64,000 nt of DNA, taken from Heptranchias perlo. Taxonomy: Eukaryota. Below are positions 35,161-49,593 of the stretch, piece by piece. A program made the position numbers and the translations under genes. Positions within the stretch are counted from its first letter, which is position 1, and the number at the start of each line of letters is the position of its first letter. The notes beneath the pieces were generated by a model. That model ran no database searches. It was not told where the DNA came from and was given only the letters and a program-made list of their open reading frames with translations. The stretch is from positions 37,572,001 to 37,636,000 of the forward strand of contig NC_090338.1 of the NCBI RefSeq assembly GCF_035084215.1, written 5' to 3'.

Positions 35161-38100
35161 TAGATTGAACATACCTGTCTGGAACATATTTTCTGAAGTT
35201 ATGTATTGTTCTTTCATATGGAACACTTATTTTTAATCTTATTTCTTCTAACACATAGAGAAGCTAATACTCAAGGTTTAACAAAATGATGGGAAGCAAT
35301 GTTTTGCATATTAATGAAGCATAACACTCTCCTTCCCATAGTAATTGTTGGATGATTATTATAACTCCTGCGCGTTCGAGCACATTCAAAAGGGTCACAC
35401 ACCATTAACAAATGGCAACTGTAAAGAATCACACAACCCAAAAGATAGACAGGGAAAGCAGCCTGCTGTGCTTTCAATCTGAAAGATTTCAAGTAGTGTT
35501 TCATGAGATTTTGTAGTTGTGCCACCCTAGCATTGATGATGTATTCTGCACCTTTTTATTTTCCATCAGGCAAATGCTTCAAATAAATGCCAAGAATTGT
35601 TTGTACATGTACCAGTGGTCTATAGTAGACATCCATTTATCTGAAAGACGTATACTTGCAGTTTCAATGTTATCCAGCTGGTATTTAGGCATGGATGGTT
35701 TTCTATTTGATAGAAAGCCTGTTACATGTTGTAAATAAAAACCTTTCATGTGTATTTCTCCGCAGAAATTGCATTGCCATAGAGTTTAAATTGGTTCTGG
35801 TTTGGTATTGAGTTAATAGTAAAATGAGAAAAAATTAGGTCAAAAATGATAAACATATTAAGATCTGAATTAAAACTGCTCCATACAAAACTCTAATTGC
35901 TCAGCTTGACATTGGTTAATTACATTAGCATTAGCTTAGCTGTGTGTAAATGTACAATTTTATACTCATTTGGGATGCAGCAAGTGGCACAATTCCATTA
36001 TTTAAATCAATTGATAAATATAATTTACAGTACAGCCTGGTGCCAAAGCTGCCATTTTACACAGTAGCATCAGCAAGCAACTACTAGCAATGCAGGGTAC
36101 TATTACCATCAGTGTTCATTTAAAAAGAATACTAAAAAATAAAAGTTTTTTAAAATGTTCTGATTGTTTCAAATTGGGCTCTTGGAATTTTTGGAAAAAA
36201 GTGAGTGCTTCATTTCCAGGTCTAAACAACCAAAAGAGATGACTTTTTTATACAAAGTGATTCAATAATAAAGCCAATTGCAGGAACATGTTATTGCCAG
36301 ACAAACTATTGAAAAGGTTTAAGAATAGAGACCAGGTTATTTTGCCTCAGCCAAGGAAATTATTTACAACATTTAATAGAACAAATCAAGTATGATTTTT
36401 GCAGCCATATGCAATCCCCAAAAAATAACGTTTGAACATTCTGCCAAAAAAATCAACAAGTTGAACGATAATCTGACTACTTGAAGTATTTTCAGTTTTA
36501 GTATGATTTACAAACTCTGAATAAAACACAGATAAATGGATTTAACAACCACCGTCAGCCTAGTATACTCATTATACCATGTTATAGTAGAAGACAATTA
36601 AAATAAACTGGCATGTTTTGCTTACTCTGTTAAAGATAATCATTAGCACATTTTTAGATGTTACATGCCTTGGGATTTTATTTCACTGTGAAACAATAGC
36701 CACTTTAGTATTTTCTTTTAAGACTACTGTGTCCCAACCCAAGATGTACACAGTGGATCCCTGAAATAACACTTCTCCACCCTAACATTTCATTATATGA
36801 GTTTTACAAGATCAGGAAGCATTGGCGTGGTTGCAACTACATTGGAACTTTTAAAAGCTTTTGTATTAAGTTTGATTATAAAAAAGCTATATTGAAACAT
36901 AGCAAAAACATTTTGAAGAATCTAAAGCTAATTTCTACTACCTACCTGACCTCAAAATATTTTTTACTATTGTGTTATGTTCCACATACTGTCTTCCCAT
37001 GACCCACAGTTTGCAATACATTTAATAGCAGGAACACTTACAACAGTGGAGTCATATTACACATAGACATACCGCGAATTCCAAAACAGGCAGTAAAGAG
37101 TACAAATATTACTCGGCAACATCCCAAGGTGACTTGAATATCTGCAGCCAAATAAAGTGCAAAAACTCATCAAAATTTCACAACAATTTGAAAGTGCCAG
37201 GAAGCCACACTGAACCTGGTAAGTTTTGGTAAAGTTTTCACGTTGGTCTTTGAAAGTTGTAGTTCATACTTTCAGCATTCTCTCAGCATTAGCTCAATGT
37301 CACTTCAATATCAGCATAAAGGACCAATTATAAATGGAATATGTAGCAATGGGAACTACTAACAGAGTGCTCAGATCTTACCTCATCAGATTAATGTCCT
37401 GTGTTTAAGCACCTGAATTGCCCCGTTGAGTATAGTTGGGCAGGAAAAATTTGCCGGTTGTAGTCAGGCTGAACTGTGGGAATGGAGGGAAACTGTTCTG
37501 GGAGGAAATCTTTCCTTCACCACTGAAGTCCACTTCAGGGTGTTGACAGGGGTGCCTATGGGGCCCATGCCCAGGGGCAGCCAAACATATGGCCCCTGCC
37601 AGGCCAGCGAGCCATGGGCTGCCTAACTGTTACAACCCAAGGAGCTCAACTTGCCTGCCCCCGGTCCCACTGGAACAAAAAAAAACCCGTTAAGGCTTGC
37701 TCGGCCCAGAGCCGGTGAGCAGCAGCAACAGCCTTCTCCATTGAGTTAGGTAGTTAATGGGTAGGGGTGGGGGTGGGGGGGATGTTGCGTGGTGTGTGCA
37801 GGGGGACCCCAAGAATGCTCCAGCAATTGAATGTTATTTCAAAAAACTTTACAAGGGGCACTGTCCCTAAACATACTTCCTCTCTTTTACACCATGAAAT
37901 CTCAAAATATACTTAGCTCATCATGAAACGTGCATGACAAAACAGTTTACAAAAAGTTAGATATTTCAACTTTATAATGAAAATCTTAACAGCTTTGCAT
38001 TTTCATCTTAGTCCACCTCGATATATTGGCCCAGAATTTGCTGTTAAAATAACAGTGAGTTCAAGGTGCACGCCATTATTAGTGTGTAAAAAACCCAGCA

Positions 38101-40157
38101 ATTTGTGGCAAGGAAGAGATAAGCCGTGAGTTACGAATTGACACAAATTGCTGGACGATTTGTACCGCTCCGCCGTTAGTCTCGCAAAAACCGGAGCTCA
38201 CGGGCAACTTCCCCGTGAGTGTCAAGAAATTGCTGCATTTGTGCTGTAAAAAGTTAGGGCTGAAATTTCACAGCACAAGGACCCTGTTAATGGGGTAATT
38301 TATGTTTCCAATAGCCTTCCACTTTGAAACCAGTTAGCAATTAATGATAATTGTTCTGTACATGCCACATAAAGCACGCAACCAGGGTGCAAGTTAAATT
38401 TGGGAAATTATAAAAGGAAGTAAATCCTTCACAGAGAAAAAAAATGCATTAAGGAACACAACTAACTGATAGAACTGAAAAGGAAACAAAGAGAGCACAG
38501 ATTGGATTGTGCTTTATTGGACACTAATGTCGCTGATTGAGAATACGCAGGCTAGTAACTGGCTAACAAAGCAAGAAATGTTTCTGACCAGAAGAAAGGA
38601 AGATCATCAAATTTGATTTGTTATGAATTGCTTTAAAATATATAGCTTTCACATGTAGGCAGCAGCGGCCTTCGGTTCCTGAATTAAAAAACAATCTGAA
38701 CCTGCCTTATTCGTATGTTTGTGTCAGGTTCCATAGGTATGTAATTCGGTAATATTTTAATAAACTTCATTTAAATAATCAGATATCCAAGCTGCCACTT
38801 CAGAGCTTTGCTAACCATTCAAATCCTAAAATTTCATTAGTTAAGGGGATAGACTATTGATCCCATCATTCACCAAGGTCCCAGATCCCCCGTTGACCTC
38901 ACCGCAATGTTATCAATTCGCACTTCCAGCGATTTGTGGCACAAAATTAATTGGAGCTGAAGGGCAAGGAAAAAAATCCAACTTACGGTGCTCATCACGA
39001 GATGCCTCGCTCCAGCAAATTTTGGGCCATTACTTGCAAAGAGGATTCTTTCGCAACATTTTCTCTGCAGAACACCACTGCAGCAAATGATCTTGTGCTG
39101 AATACAGTGTAAATGCATGTGTGAGATCACTCAGTGCAAACCCCATTGCATTTCCCAAGATTATTGACTTGCAGATTAATTCAACATTTCATGTAAAAAT
39201 GTCACAAGGCTATTGCTAAAATTAAAGTGAGCACATTAGACTGAAAAAAGTAATGTCATTGTAGCAATAATTTCGATGTGTGCAAAAACACAGGGTAAAG
39301 AACCTGTAATGGTTGGTCCCCAGGAATTTGCTTCGTCTGGCAACTGAGTGAGCCAGCAAGAAGGAAAGAAAAGTTTCTATATTGAACATCTGTTTGTGAT
39401 TTATTAGCTAGCCTGAGTTGCCTACCATGAAAAATACATTTAAATGGAGCAGCATACTCAGGTTTTGATATATTGAGAGCCCCAACCTTTCACTGACAAT
39501 CTGTATCGTGATTTTATATTTTCAGGTTACACCTTCATTTTGATGTTTCAAATCATGAAAGCTTCTTGGCAATGAATAGTTAGGTAATAATTATTAGATA
39601 AAATTATTTCATTTAGAGTAAAAATAAAATGCACCACTAAATAATGATTAAAACTGAATATAGTCATGAATAATTTTAATTCCGGTACCAGAACTACACA
39701 AAGGAAAAGGCCAGCAATTTTTCCTTTGCATTTGAGAATTTTTAAAAAGCCATAAATAATCCAGCCAATAATAATCTCAAATGAGTTACTTGGAGAAGGA
39801 GGATACATTATAAGCCAGAAATATTTGCAAGCCTTCCTGTCTGATCCAGCAGATTTCCCAGGGCAACAGAAGAAATTCTCTCAGGTTACTTAAACCATTA
39901 GGAAAAAGCATTTAAAAAAAGAGTATAGAAGAAAAAGGTTAAAAAATTAACACAATTTGGTGTCTAATTCCCCAGTACCCTGCCCCTACTGCTGCTGTGT
40001 AGGGGAGGGTAGTACTCTGATTTACAAGTACACCGACAGAGCTCTACTAACTGATGTCTGACTGACAATGAAAATTCTGCCAATATAATAAGAGATGACA
40101 GGATAGTCAGCTTTTTTTCCCATCAGTAGAATCAAATATTGGTCCAGTAGCCCCATA

Positions 40158-40490
40158 AAAACATAAGAAATAGGAGCAGGAGTAGGGCATACAGCTCCTC
40201 GAGCCTACTCCTCCATTCAATAAGATCATGGCTGATCTTCTACCTTAACTCCACTATTCCGCCATATCCCCATATCCCTTGATTCCCTCAGTGTCCAAAA
40301 ATCTTTCAATCTGTCTTGAATATACTCAACGACTGAGCATCCACAGCCCTCTGGGGTAGAGAATTCCAAAGATTCACAACCCTCTGAGTGAAGAAATTTT
40401 TCCTGATCTCGGTCTTAAACGGCCGACCCCTTATCTTGTGACTATGACCCCTAGTTCTAGACTCTCCAGCAGGGGGAAATCAGCCCCTCA
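40158..40490 (-). mobile_element. CR1 3' fragment
   Basis: Close match to 14520-14880. Confidence 0.85.
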
Positions 40491-41736
40491 AGCTTCCTAT
40501 TACTTATTAAACTTTAGGCAATTTTTTTGATGGATTAATGGGTAAATACACTATGAGGTGCAGTAATAAGCCCTACAGACCAGGAAAGTACCAGATTCAA
40601 TCCCAGTTAGTAGATCTCAGCTGGGGCTGTGAGGGAGTTACTATAATTACAACAAATGTGGAGTGGCGGTGGGAGGGGAGGTACTGTTTCCCAGTCCTAT
40701 TTATTATCCATTGACACTCCCATCCTGCCCCAGACATGGATGTGGGTTAACATCAAGTGAAGACCAGATTATACTCAGGTGGTACTCCCTGAGCTAAGTC
40801 AAATAGCTTCCCAATACTCTATCCAAGCTTGCAAGTTAACGACAGACACTTTGGTAAGGTATTGGAATCCACGTGGTACCATACGCAAGCATGAGCACTG
40901 CCTTCAAGACAGGAGGGAATGAGTGTGATCTCTGTATGGTTTTGTCTTGCAAACACCATTATACTGCACATTTAATGTTTCATGTTTGTCAAATCAACAG
41001 CTTAACTGGGACAGATTTGCAACCATTCAAATGTAACAGAACGGAGATGTGCAGCTCAATTTACCATAGTATTCAAACTTCACAGGCATCCTTATATGGC
41101 AATTCCAGTTCTCTTAATTATAATTATAGAGTGATATTCGCACCAATATTACAAGTAAACTTAAGCAATTATTGTTGCATCCTGAAAATAGGTACAAATA
41201 TAGGGCTAGATTTTCTACTATTGTGGAATTAATACGCAAGTTCAGCATAGTGGGACTTCCACCCGCCACAAAGATGCACCCCTGACCCCGGCTGCATTTC
41301 CGGCCTCAGGGTCATTTCATGAATTTTGCTGGGTCCCCTGGCCTCCACCAGGAAGCCCACCTGGAAGGGGCTCGTAGCTTGGCTGCAGCCAGAGCCTGGT
41401 GACCTGTCAACAGCGTAGTGTGACCGGCTAGCTGTGTGCTGCTGGTTGAAGATTTTTTTTGAAAGTTCATTTTTTTTTAAATTAAACCAAAGCATGTGCA
41501 ATCAATCACTCTACAGTCAAATCCAGACTTTAAGTTTTAAATACTGTTCTCCGCCCCCCGCCAACCAACCCCACTTCTCCCCACCCCCCTCCATTCCACC
41601 ACGATAGCAACACTGAACAGCAGGGGCTAACAGACATCTCTAAAGTCCAGTACTACTATGGTGCAAATGACAGAAAAAAATCAGATGACATTCTTCCACC
41701 TTTTGAATATCCTACATTGACAGGTGTATTGTACAT

Positions 41737-42405
41737 TGTAAGAATATGGTTTAAAACAAGCACAGAAAATAGGAGGGCAAAAATTCAGCATCTCTGTGAG
41801 AACAAGGACAGCCCACACAGCAGAACATCAGGGAGACCACAGAATAGATAACATTAATGCCAGAAGGTGGTTTACACCAAAACGAGAGATGTGGTTGCTA
41901 GGAAACCGACATTGGTGGGCCATGCAAGGCCAAATAAGGGGGGCTGTACTCAGATAAGGAGGGCGCATTCCTCAGAAGAACATAACAGCTTGTAAACCGA
42001 GATGGAGGTTGAGGTTATTAGCTACGTTACGTAAAACAGCTTATCTTGAGTTGCTAACGTGGCGTCCAGCACGGTGGGAGGACTTACAACCATGAAATAA
42101 GACCAGCGGTGCTTACGTACAGAACAACGCAGCCAAATAGTATAAAGATAGGGTATGCTCCCTCCCAAAAGTGAGAGCTCTCAAGAGGGGAATGTCAGAA
42201 GTCCATAGGTTGTATTGATTTCTTGTCATTTAATGTAATCCGTAGACAGTTGTATTATAACTATAATACTGTTGAATATAATGTCGAAGACAGCTGTAGT
42301 GCAACTCTGTTGTAAACCTGCTACTTTATAACCACTCAGGCTAGGACCAAGCGGAAGTTCTTGTTTATGCATTGTTGCGACAGTAACAGGAGAAATCCGC
42401 TAACA
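41737..42405 (+). mobile_element. Solo LTR (669 bp)
   Basis: TGTAAG...CTAACA termini with a perfect 5-bp TSD TACAT (41732-41736 and 42406-42410). TATAAA at 42141. CpG-rich relative to flanks. Confidence 0.8.
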
Positions 42406-45400
42406 TACATTAACCAGCACTTTCAGTGAAAAATGGAAACAATGTAAAAATGGGTACAGATGCATTACAGCGCTATTCCAATCCATTTTCCATGCCTGCC
42501 CACCCCAGTTCTACTGAAAAATCAACAGAATGAAAGTGGAAAATCTCAGCACTGGTGTTCAATTCAATTCTATGTACTTTAACACCACCAAGTGGAAAGT
42601 TTATATATAACACAAACACAGCTCTGTCACTGGAACACTGCTAGAAAGGTCTCAATTCCCTTACTGATGTACTTTTCCATAGACAGTGATCACCTTTTGG
42701 TATGACATCCAAGAGTCCATCATTTACGTGTAAATGTTAACAATAAACATTGGCAAGCTGAGATCAGTTAACTCGCCCCAGACCTGTATACCGTACCACT
42801 TTACTTCTGTAACAATGCTCACTTTGAGACGATGGGAATGCACCAACGCACTCTCGAGGCACTGCAAGAACGTCATATCAGACAAGAAACCCGTGCATCC
42901 CTGCCACACTGTCCCCTTCGGCTCCATTAGCCACCACCAAAAAAAAACCTGATTCTGAGCCACACAAGACTACTATATTAATTCGTATAAATATACCAAC
43001 AGACTTATTGCATCAGTACATTCTCCTGTAAATGGTATGTATACAAAATATACAGCTAGTGTAATGTGAATTTTTAAAATTCCTTCATTGCCAGAGCAAC
43101 TCCAAAGCAGATAATACGACATGTCCCACACTAGCATGTCTCAAACCTGGACTCCTGTTAATTGTCTTCAACACAGATTTTTGTGATTTACCATTTTACT
43201 TCCTTTTATTGAAGAAAGAATAGTTCTGATATAGTCCCATTATCAATTGTAAAACATTGTAAAGCAGCTTAAAACTTTAGTGTGCACATCAGCGTATAGT
43301 GGCATAGCACCACACAGCAGTGGGACGTAGGTCTGTACCTGTAGTTCCCCTTGTGGCAGCTATGCTAAAAGATGAGGTGCTGATTGGAGGCTGGGAGCTT
43401 TCCCAGGATTTGGCTGTGTGCCCTCTTGAGCCTGGTTCAAGAGCACTATGAGCAAAGGCAAGAAATTCTGCCCTCTTGACCAGAAAATGATGTTGGAGGG
43501 AGACACAATGGGAGGAATTTATTGCATGCACTGTAATTCAAATAGTTCTGCCAAAATAAAGTGTTTGGAAGCTATACCAAGGAAATAAAATCATTGTATA
43601 TATTTTAACAATTCAAATACTTTATTCATTTGCCTCTCCAATAAGGAGCAAAAATACCACAGCTATTTTTACCAAAACAACTGAATGATAGCCAGTTGGA
43701 AAACAGATTACACAAATCTCTAAGATTCATGAGGTTGTCAAAATCTCATCACTGCTTCTGTGCTGTTGCATAAGTATCCGTTTGATAATAAATGGCTTCA
43801 GTTCTTATTACAATACATACTTAAATGATTTTCTTTGAACAGTTGTATTTTTTTTTAAAAACATTCCTTTCAGAACTATCTTTAAAGTAAGACGTACTTA
43901 TTGAGTAAATAAGTTAGAATAGGAATCATAAGAACATGATAGAATTTAAAGTCAAGAAGAGCTTCCCACAGAAGATCTAAAATCCATAGCTCTCTGAATT
44001 AAGTAGAAGCTCAAATCTATCATAAAACTGACTGAAATGAGTCATATTTCAAGATGACAGAAAAAACACATGGCATGCACAGACAAAAATCAGATATCCA
44101 GAAACTGGCAGTAAATTTGTTTGGCAGTACTCTCACTCGTCTGTAGAGAGCATTGACCGAAAGAGGAATACAACCACTTCAAATATTGTTACAATTCAGT
44201 ATTTTACTCACAAACACAATCCTTTGCCAAATGTTGTGAACAACGAGCTACTGTGTATTGAGAAAACCAGCTGGGCGCTTAAAGGGACAGCACTGCTGCT
44301 CATTCACCTATTGCATTCTGGATTCTAGACCACATTCCAGGTTTTGTACAATCTCCATTTAAATCTTCATAATGTAGTCTTGAAGTAAATAAACACTGAA
44401 ATTTTCATTTCATTCAACCTTTTAAACATTCTAAAGATTTCCCTCACGTTTTGCCCCTCTCTAAGTTCCAGATGATTGGCTATTTCCCTCCAACAGTATT
44501 TCTGTAATTGTCAATTGTTATAAGGGAAGTTCTGTTTGATTGATGTGCTCGTGCACCAACAAAAAGTAATCAGGTCAAGGTATTAACCAAAGCAGTGGGC
44601 TGCTGAATCTTACATCATGATGGAATGGAGTCTTCCTACCGTCTAGGCGTTTTGGCAAACCTTTCTCATGTGGAATTTATTTTTGAATGTACAGACACAG
44701 AGAAATATGTAACAACCAGAATTGCTTGGAAAGTTAAAAAGTACAGATGATGTACTGTACAACATCAATGTCCAAGCAACAATGCTATCACCTATTTGAC
44801 ATGGTACAGGCTGGATTTATCCTTAATACAGCAGCATGGTAGCTTTTAGCAGTAAACAGTTCACTGGGCATCAATTTATATAATGGCCCACACCACATAC
44901 AAAGGGGCAGTTCTGCTCTGGGGTTATTCCAGCTCCTTCATGCAGCTTCAGCAGGCGTGGGTGGAAAATCAGCCCCAAGATTTTGAATTGTAGGGGTCCA
45001 GTCACTACAATTTGTAACTATCTTAGGATCTCATCAAGCCTGATTGGCAGAAGATTATTGAATTTTACTAACTGTAGCAGGGCTGAGATCTTCTGATAAT
45101 GAGAAAAGCAACCTTACATAAAATCCAGTCACAATTACAAATGTTACTCATGCATCGGCTGAAATTTACGTAACAATTTGGGGCATGGGAGGGGAGCTGA
45201 CGGAAGCACACACAACAAAAGCCAGAGTCGAGGTTTTAACATTTAGCTTTTAATTAATATGTAGATATGTTCTGTATCACGGAGGAACAGACACTCCAGG
45301 AAGAGCATGTGACAATAAATCATCTTCAGTAATTATTTCTTTAGATGAAGATTTCACATCAGAACCACTAAGGGCTGAACTAAAGGTGTTTCTCTTTTTT

Positions 45401-45736
45401 CGAGTCATTAGCATTCAGGAAGTGGAGCGCTGAATAACTATCAAGAAAGGAGCCAATATGTTACAGTAACAAGCTGGCAAGAAAACCAGGCAGTAATTAC
45501 TATCCTGAAGAAACATGTCTTTAGAGGACAACTGAATTATACACACAAATTAACAGTGATGTGGCACTCATGTCTTTCCAATTGCAGAAAGACACTAAAT
45601 CCACAAAAATGCATTGTGTCAGAGACTGTCTATTGAACAGTGAACCAGTGTTCAATTCAACTCAACTGTAAGAAAAATAAGCACCTTTTTAATTTATTTT
45701 CTTTTAAGAAAAATGAATGCATGATAGTTTTCGTCA

Positions 45737-46867
45737 CTATTCTGAACTTCTTGAGGAAGTAGTCTGGGTCTGTTTGGGAGATGCCTTGGTCATGAGAGCT
45801 TCCAGGAAAGGGCCCCAGGCTGGCTGAGGCCTCTCAGTTCCAGCTGGAGTCCATAAATTACCAGTTCCAAATGGCATATGTCCCACAGGGAGGGTTGCAT
45901 ATTTCTTGTGGCTTGCTGTGACAGTGGCCTGCATGTTTCAGAGGGGCTCTCTCACCAGTAAATATGTCTCAGCAGGCACAGGTGTGGATTTACAGGGATT
46001 GTGAGGCCTGTCATGTTATCTGTGGCCTCCAGAATGACTGAATGCAAAAATGAGACAAGAACATGTGAAGCAGTGTGCCCTCCAGTCACAGACCCTCCAG
46101 CAATTACCCCGGGGGAGGGTGAATTTTGTCAAACCTTGATAACATGGAGGGGTACAACTCGCAGAAATGCATCAGGATATTCTGAGCCAGGGTCGTGACC
46201 CCCATTTTGTATACTGAAAGTCAGCTGAACTCCTTGATCTTTTGAAAGATGTTGGGCAGTGAGAGAGAGAAAAGGCAGTGGGTGGATGGCTCATTGTGTC
46301 TATGGCTGCTGGCCCCACTGAGAAACTCCTTAAAAGCAGAGAACTGCCTCGGCTTGGACATGTACCATGGTCAATGGGCTCCACAAGAAATGTATGTAAA
46401 AATGAGGAGCACACTTAGTCTTGATACCAGCAAACCTCTTCTTCATTTGCAGCCAGGTACAATGGGTGACTATATTGATTTGATCAACCAACACCATTCA
46501 GCTGGCACCCGTACTTTTACTAGAGGATGGTCTTCAACTACAAATGGATCCACGCACCTCCTGCAGCAGGACCTCCAAATTTTCAGAATCAAAGGGAGCA
46601 ATATTTTTCACATGTCTCTGTTGTGCCATGGCAAATAATTTCAGGCACCACTGCAACTTCCCCTTTTATGCTTCACTGGATTTTAAGTTCTCCAGTGAAG
46701 TGTGCTACACACCATGCTCCCTGGGCTAGCTTTTCATATGCCAGTAGCCTATTGAAATTAGGGAGAGGGACTCCACTCACAAAAGTCTGCATACCCTACT
46801 GGCATGCGTGCGCCCACACCATGAGCGAGTGCAACCCCAATTTCGCGGGAATTGTAAAATCGGGGCT
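45737..46867 (-). mobile_element. Probable decayed Harbinger-type remnant
   Basis: Ends in AAAATCGGGGC, similar to the Harbinger TIR. Contains a minus-strand exon-like S/T/P-rich segment with an acceptor near 46040. Confidence 0.3.
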
Positions 46868-47014
46868 TTAATGTCTACAGAATCTAATAAGCAACAATGC
46901 TTGGCTGAATTATAGCAATCTCAGTACAAGTAGAAAGGTCAGCAAAAGGTTGCTAAAGTCAGCTAGAAAAAATGTAAACAGTGGTTATTGATATTTGTAT
47001 GGCAAGTAAAGATA

Positions 47015-47190
47015 GAGAGAAAGAACTTGCATTTATTTAGCACCTTCCATGACCACTGGATGACCAAAGCACTTCACAACCAATTAAGTATTTCTGAAGT
47101 GCAATCACTGTTGTAATGTAGAGAAATGTGGCTACCAATTTGCGCATAACAAGGCCCCTCAAACAGCAATGAGATGAATGACCAGGTGAC
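47015..47190 (-). mobile_element. SINE 3' fragment
   Basis: Similar to 60095-60300. Confidence 0.6.
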
Positions 47191-48199
47191 AGACATGTAT
47201 AGATAATATGAATTCAACTAGAATAGTTCCGAATTACAATGGTCTTCTAATGACGTATTTACCATATATGTCACAGAGATGTCAAATCTGCAAAAATTAC
47301 ATTTAAAACTTGTGACACAGTATGTCTGTTGAGTGGTGACAAAGGTATTCATGTATGCCAAGTATGAAGCTCAATGCAAATTTAATGGAAGTAAAAAACA
47401 ATACTTTTACAATCAGCAGCCCTCATTAAACAGTGTCTTAAAACACTCTATATGAAGAAGCAAGCAAAGAAAGGCAATTTTTGTTCCAATTTTCTCCTTT
47501 CCTAAAGCCATTAATTCTAGCTGGGGACAGCTCCTAGGCAAGAGCAACTCTCCGATTGCTCATCCAATTTTCTGTTCTCCACAGGTGAGCCTAGACAGTG
47601 ACTGTCAAGAGGCTAATTCACCCCAGAGATCATCATATTCTGCTTTTCCAGCATGTACAAACACACACTTTCTGGCAGGAATCAACGGAAAGTGATCAGG
47701 AATAGGAAATCTGATTGCTTTTTCCACTTCCTAATCCAGGGGCGTTGAGTTCAATTGTTGAACCTCAACTGTTGCCCTGACCGAGATCAAATAACTTAAT
47801 AAAGCCTGGGGATCGGACCGAAAGACAATTTTTGACACACTTAATCACAATATTATTTAAACATTTCAGAGAAAAGAAATACATTGTAGATTTATTGAAA
47901 ACGACGACAGAATTTGTTAAATGCTGCGATGCCCTTTGTTGCCATGAAATTTTACCTTCAGATTTTCTCTTCACCTCTCCTCCACCAGGCCTTTTGCTTC
48001 CTCGCCACGGATGAGCCACTGTTCGAATGAACTTTATCCATTTATTTTCTGTCCAACCAACCACCTTCTTTTACTTCTCAACCATGTAATTTGTTAGTTT
48101 CCCTTGATTGTGATCACAGGTTTCTTCTTTCTGAAATACCATTGCTCTTTATCTCATCAGTTACTACCATCAAGACGTGATATGATTTGATCACTTCCA

Positions 48200-49593
48200 T
48201 ATCTGGTACCACACTGTACCTCAGCATTCCCTAATCCCTACACCTGGTGCCACACTGCATCTCAGCATTCCCTAATCCCTACACCTGGTGCCACACTACA
48301 TCTCAGCATTCCCTAATCCCTGCACCTGGTACCACGCTGTACCACAGCATTCCCTAATCCCTGCACCTGGTACCACACTGCATCTCAGCATTCCCTAATC
48401 CCTGCACCTGGTACCACGCTGTACCACAGCATTCCCTAATCCCTGCACCTGGTACCACACTGCATCTCAGCATTCCCTAATCCCTACACCTGGTGCCACA
48501 CTGCATCTCAGCATTCCCTAATCCCTACACCTGGTACCACTCTGCACCTCAGCATTCCCTAATCCCTACACCTGGTACCACACTGTACCACAGCATTCCC
48601 TAATCTTTACACCTGGTACCACACTGTACCTCAGCATTCCCTAATCCCTACACCTGGTACCACACTGTACCTCAGCATTCCCTAATCCCTACACCTGGTA
48701 CCACACTGTACCTCAGCATTCCCTAATCCCTACACCTGGTACCACACTGCACCACAGCATTCCCTAATCTCTGTACCTGGTACCACACTGCACCACAGCA
48801 TTCCCTAATCCCTACACCTGGTACCACACTGTACCTCAGCATTCCCTAATCCCTACACCTGGTACCACACTGTACCACAGCATTCCCTAATCTTTACACC
48901 TGGTACCACACTGCACCACAGCATTCCCTAATCTCTGTACCTGGTACCACACTGCACCACAGCATTCCCTAATCCCTACACCTGGTACCACACTGTACCT
49001 CAGCATTCCCTAATCCCTACACCTGGTACCACACTGTACCACAGCATTCCCTAATCCCTACACCTGGTACCACACTGTACCTCAGCATTCTCTAATCTTT
49101 ACACCTGGTACCACACTGCACCACAGCATTCCCTAATCCCTACACCTGGTACCACACTGTACCACAGCATTCCCTAATCCCTACACCTGGTACCACACTG
49201 TACCTCAGCATTCCCTATTCTCTGCACCTGGTACCACACTGCATCTCAGAATTCCCTAATCTCTGCACCTGGTATCAGACTGTACCTCAGCATTCCCTTA
49301 TTCCTACACCTGGTACCACACTGTACTTCAGCATTCCCTATTCTCTGCACCTGGTACCACACTACATCTCACAATTCCCTAATCTCTGCACCTGGTATCA
49401 GACTGTACCTCAGCATTCCCTAATATCTGCACCTGGTACCACACTGTACCTCAGCATTCCCTTATTCCTACACATGATACCACACTATACCTCAGCATTC
49501 CCTAATATCTGCACCTGGTACCACACTGTACCTCAGCATTCCCTTATTCCTACACCTGGTACCACACTATACCTCAGCATTCCCTTATTCCTA
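48200..49593. repeat. Minisatellite, 34 x 41 bp (CACCTGGTACCACACTGTACCTCAGCATTCCCTAATCCCTA)
   Basis: Unit starts at 48241, 48282 and so on to 49553 (exactly 32x41 later), so there is no net indel. Confidence 0.97.

Noticed and set aside
48200-49593. CRISPR array
   Set aside because: Head-to-tail repeats with no unique spacers, no cas genes and a eukaryotic context.
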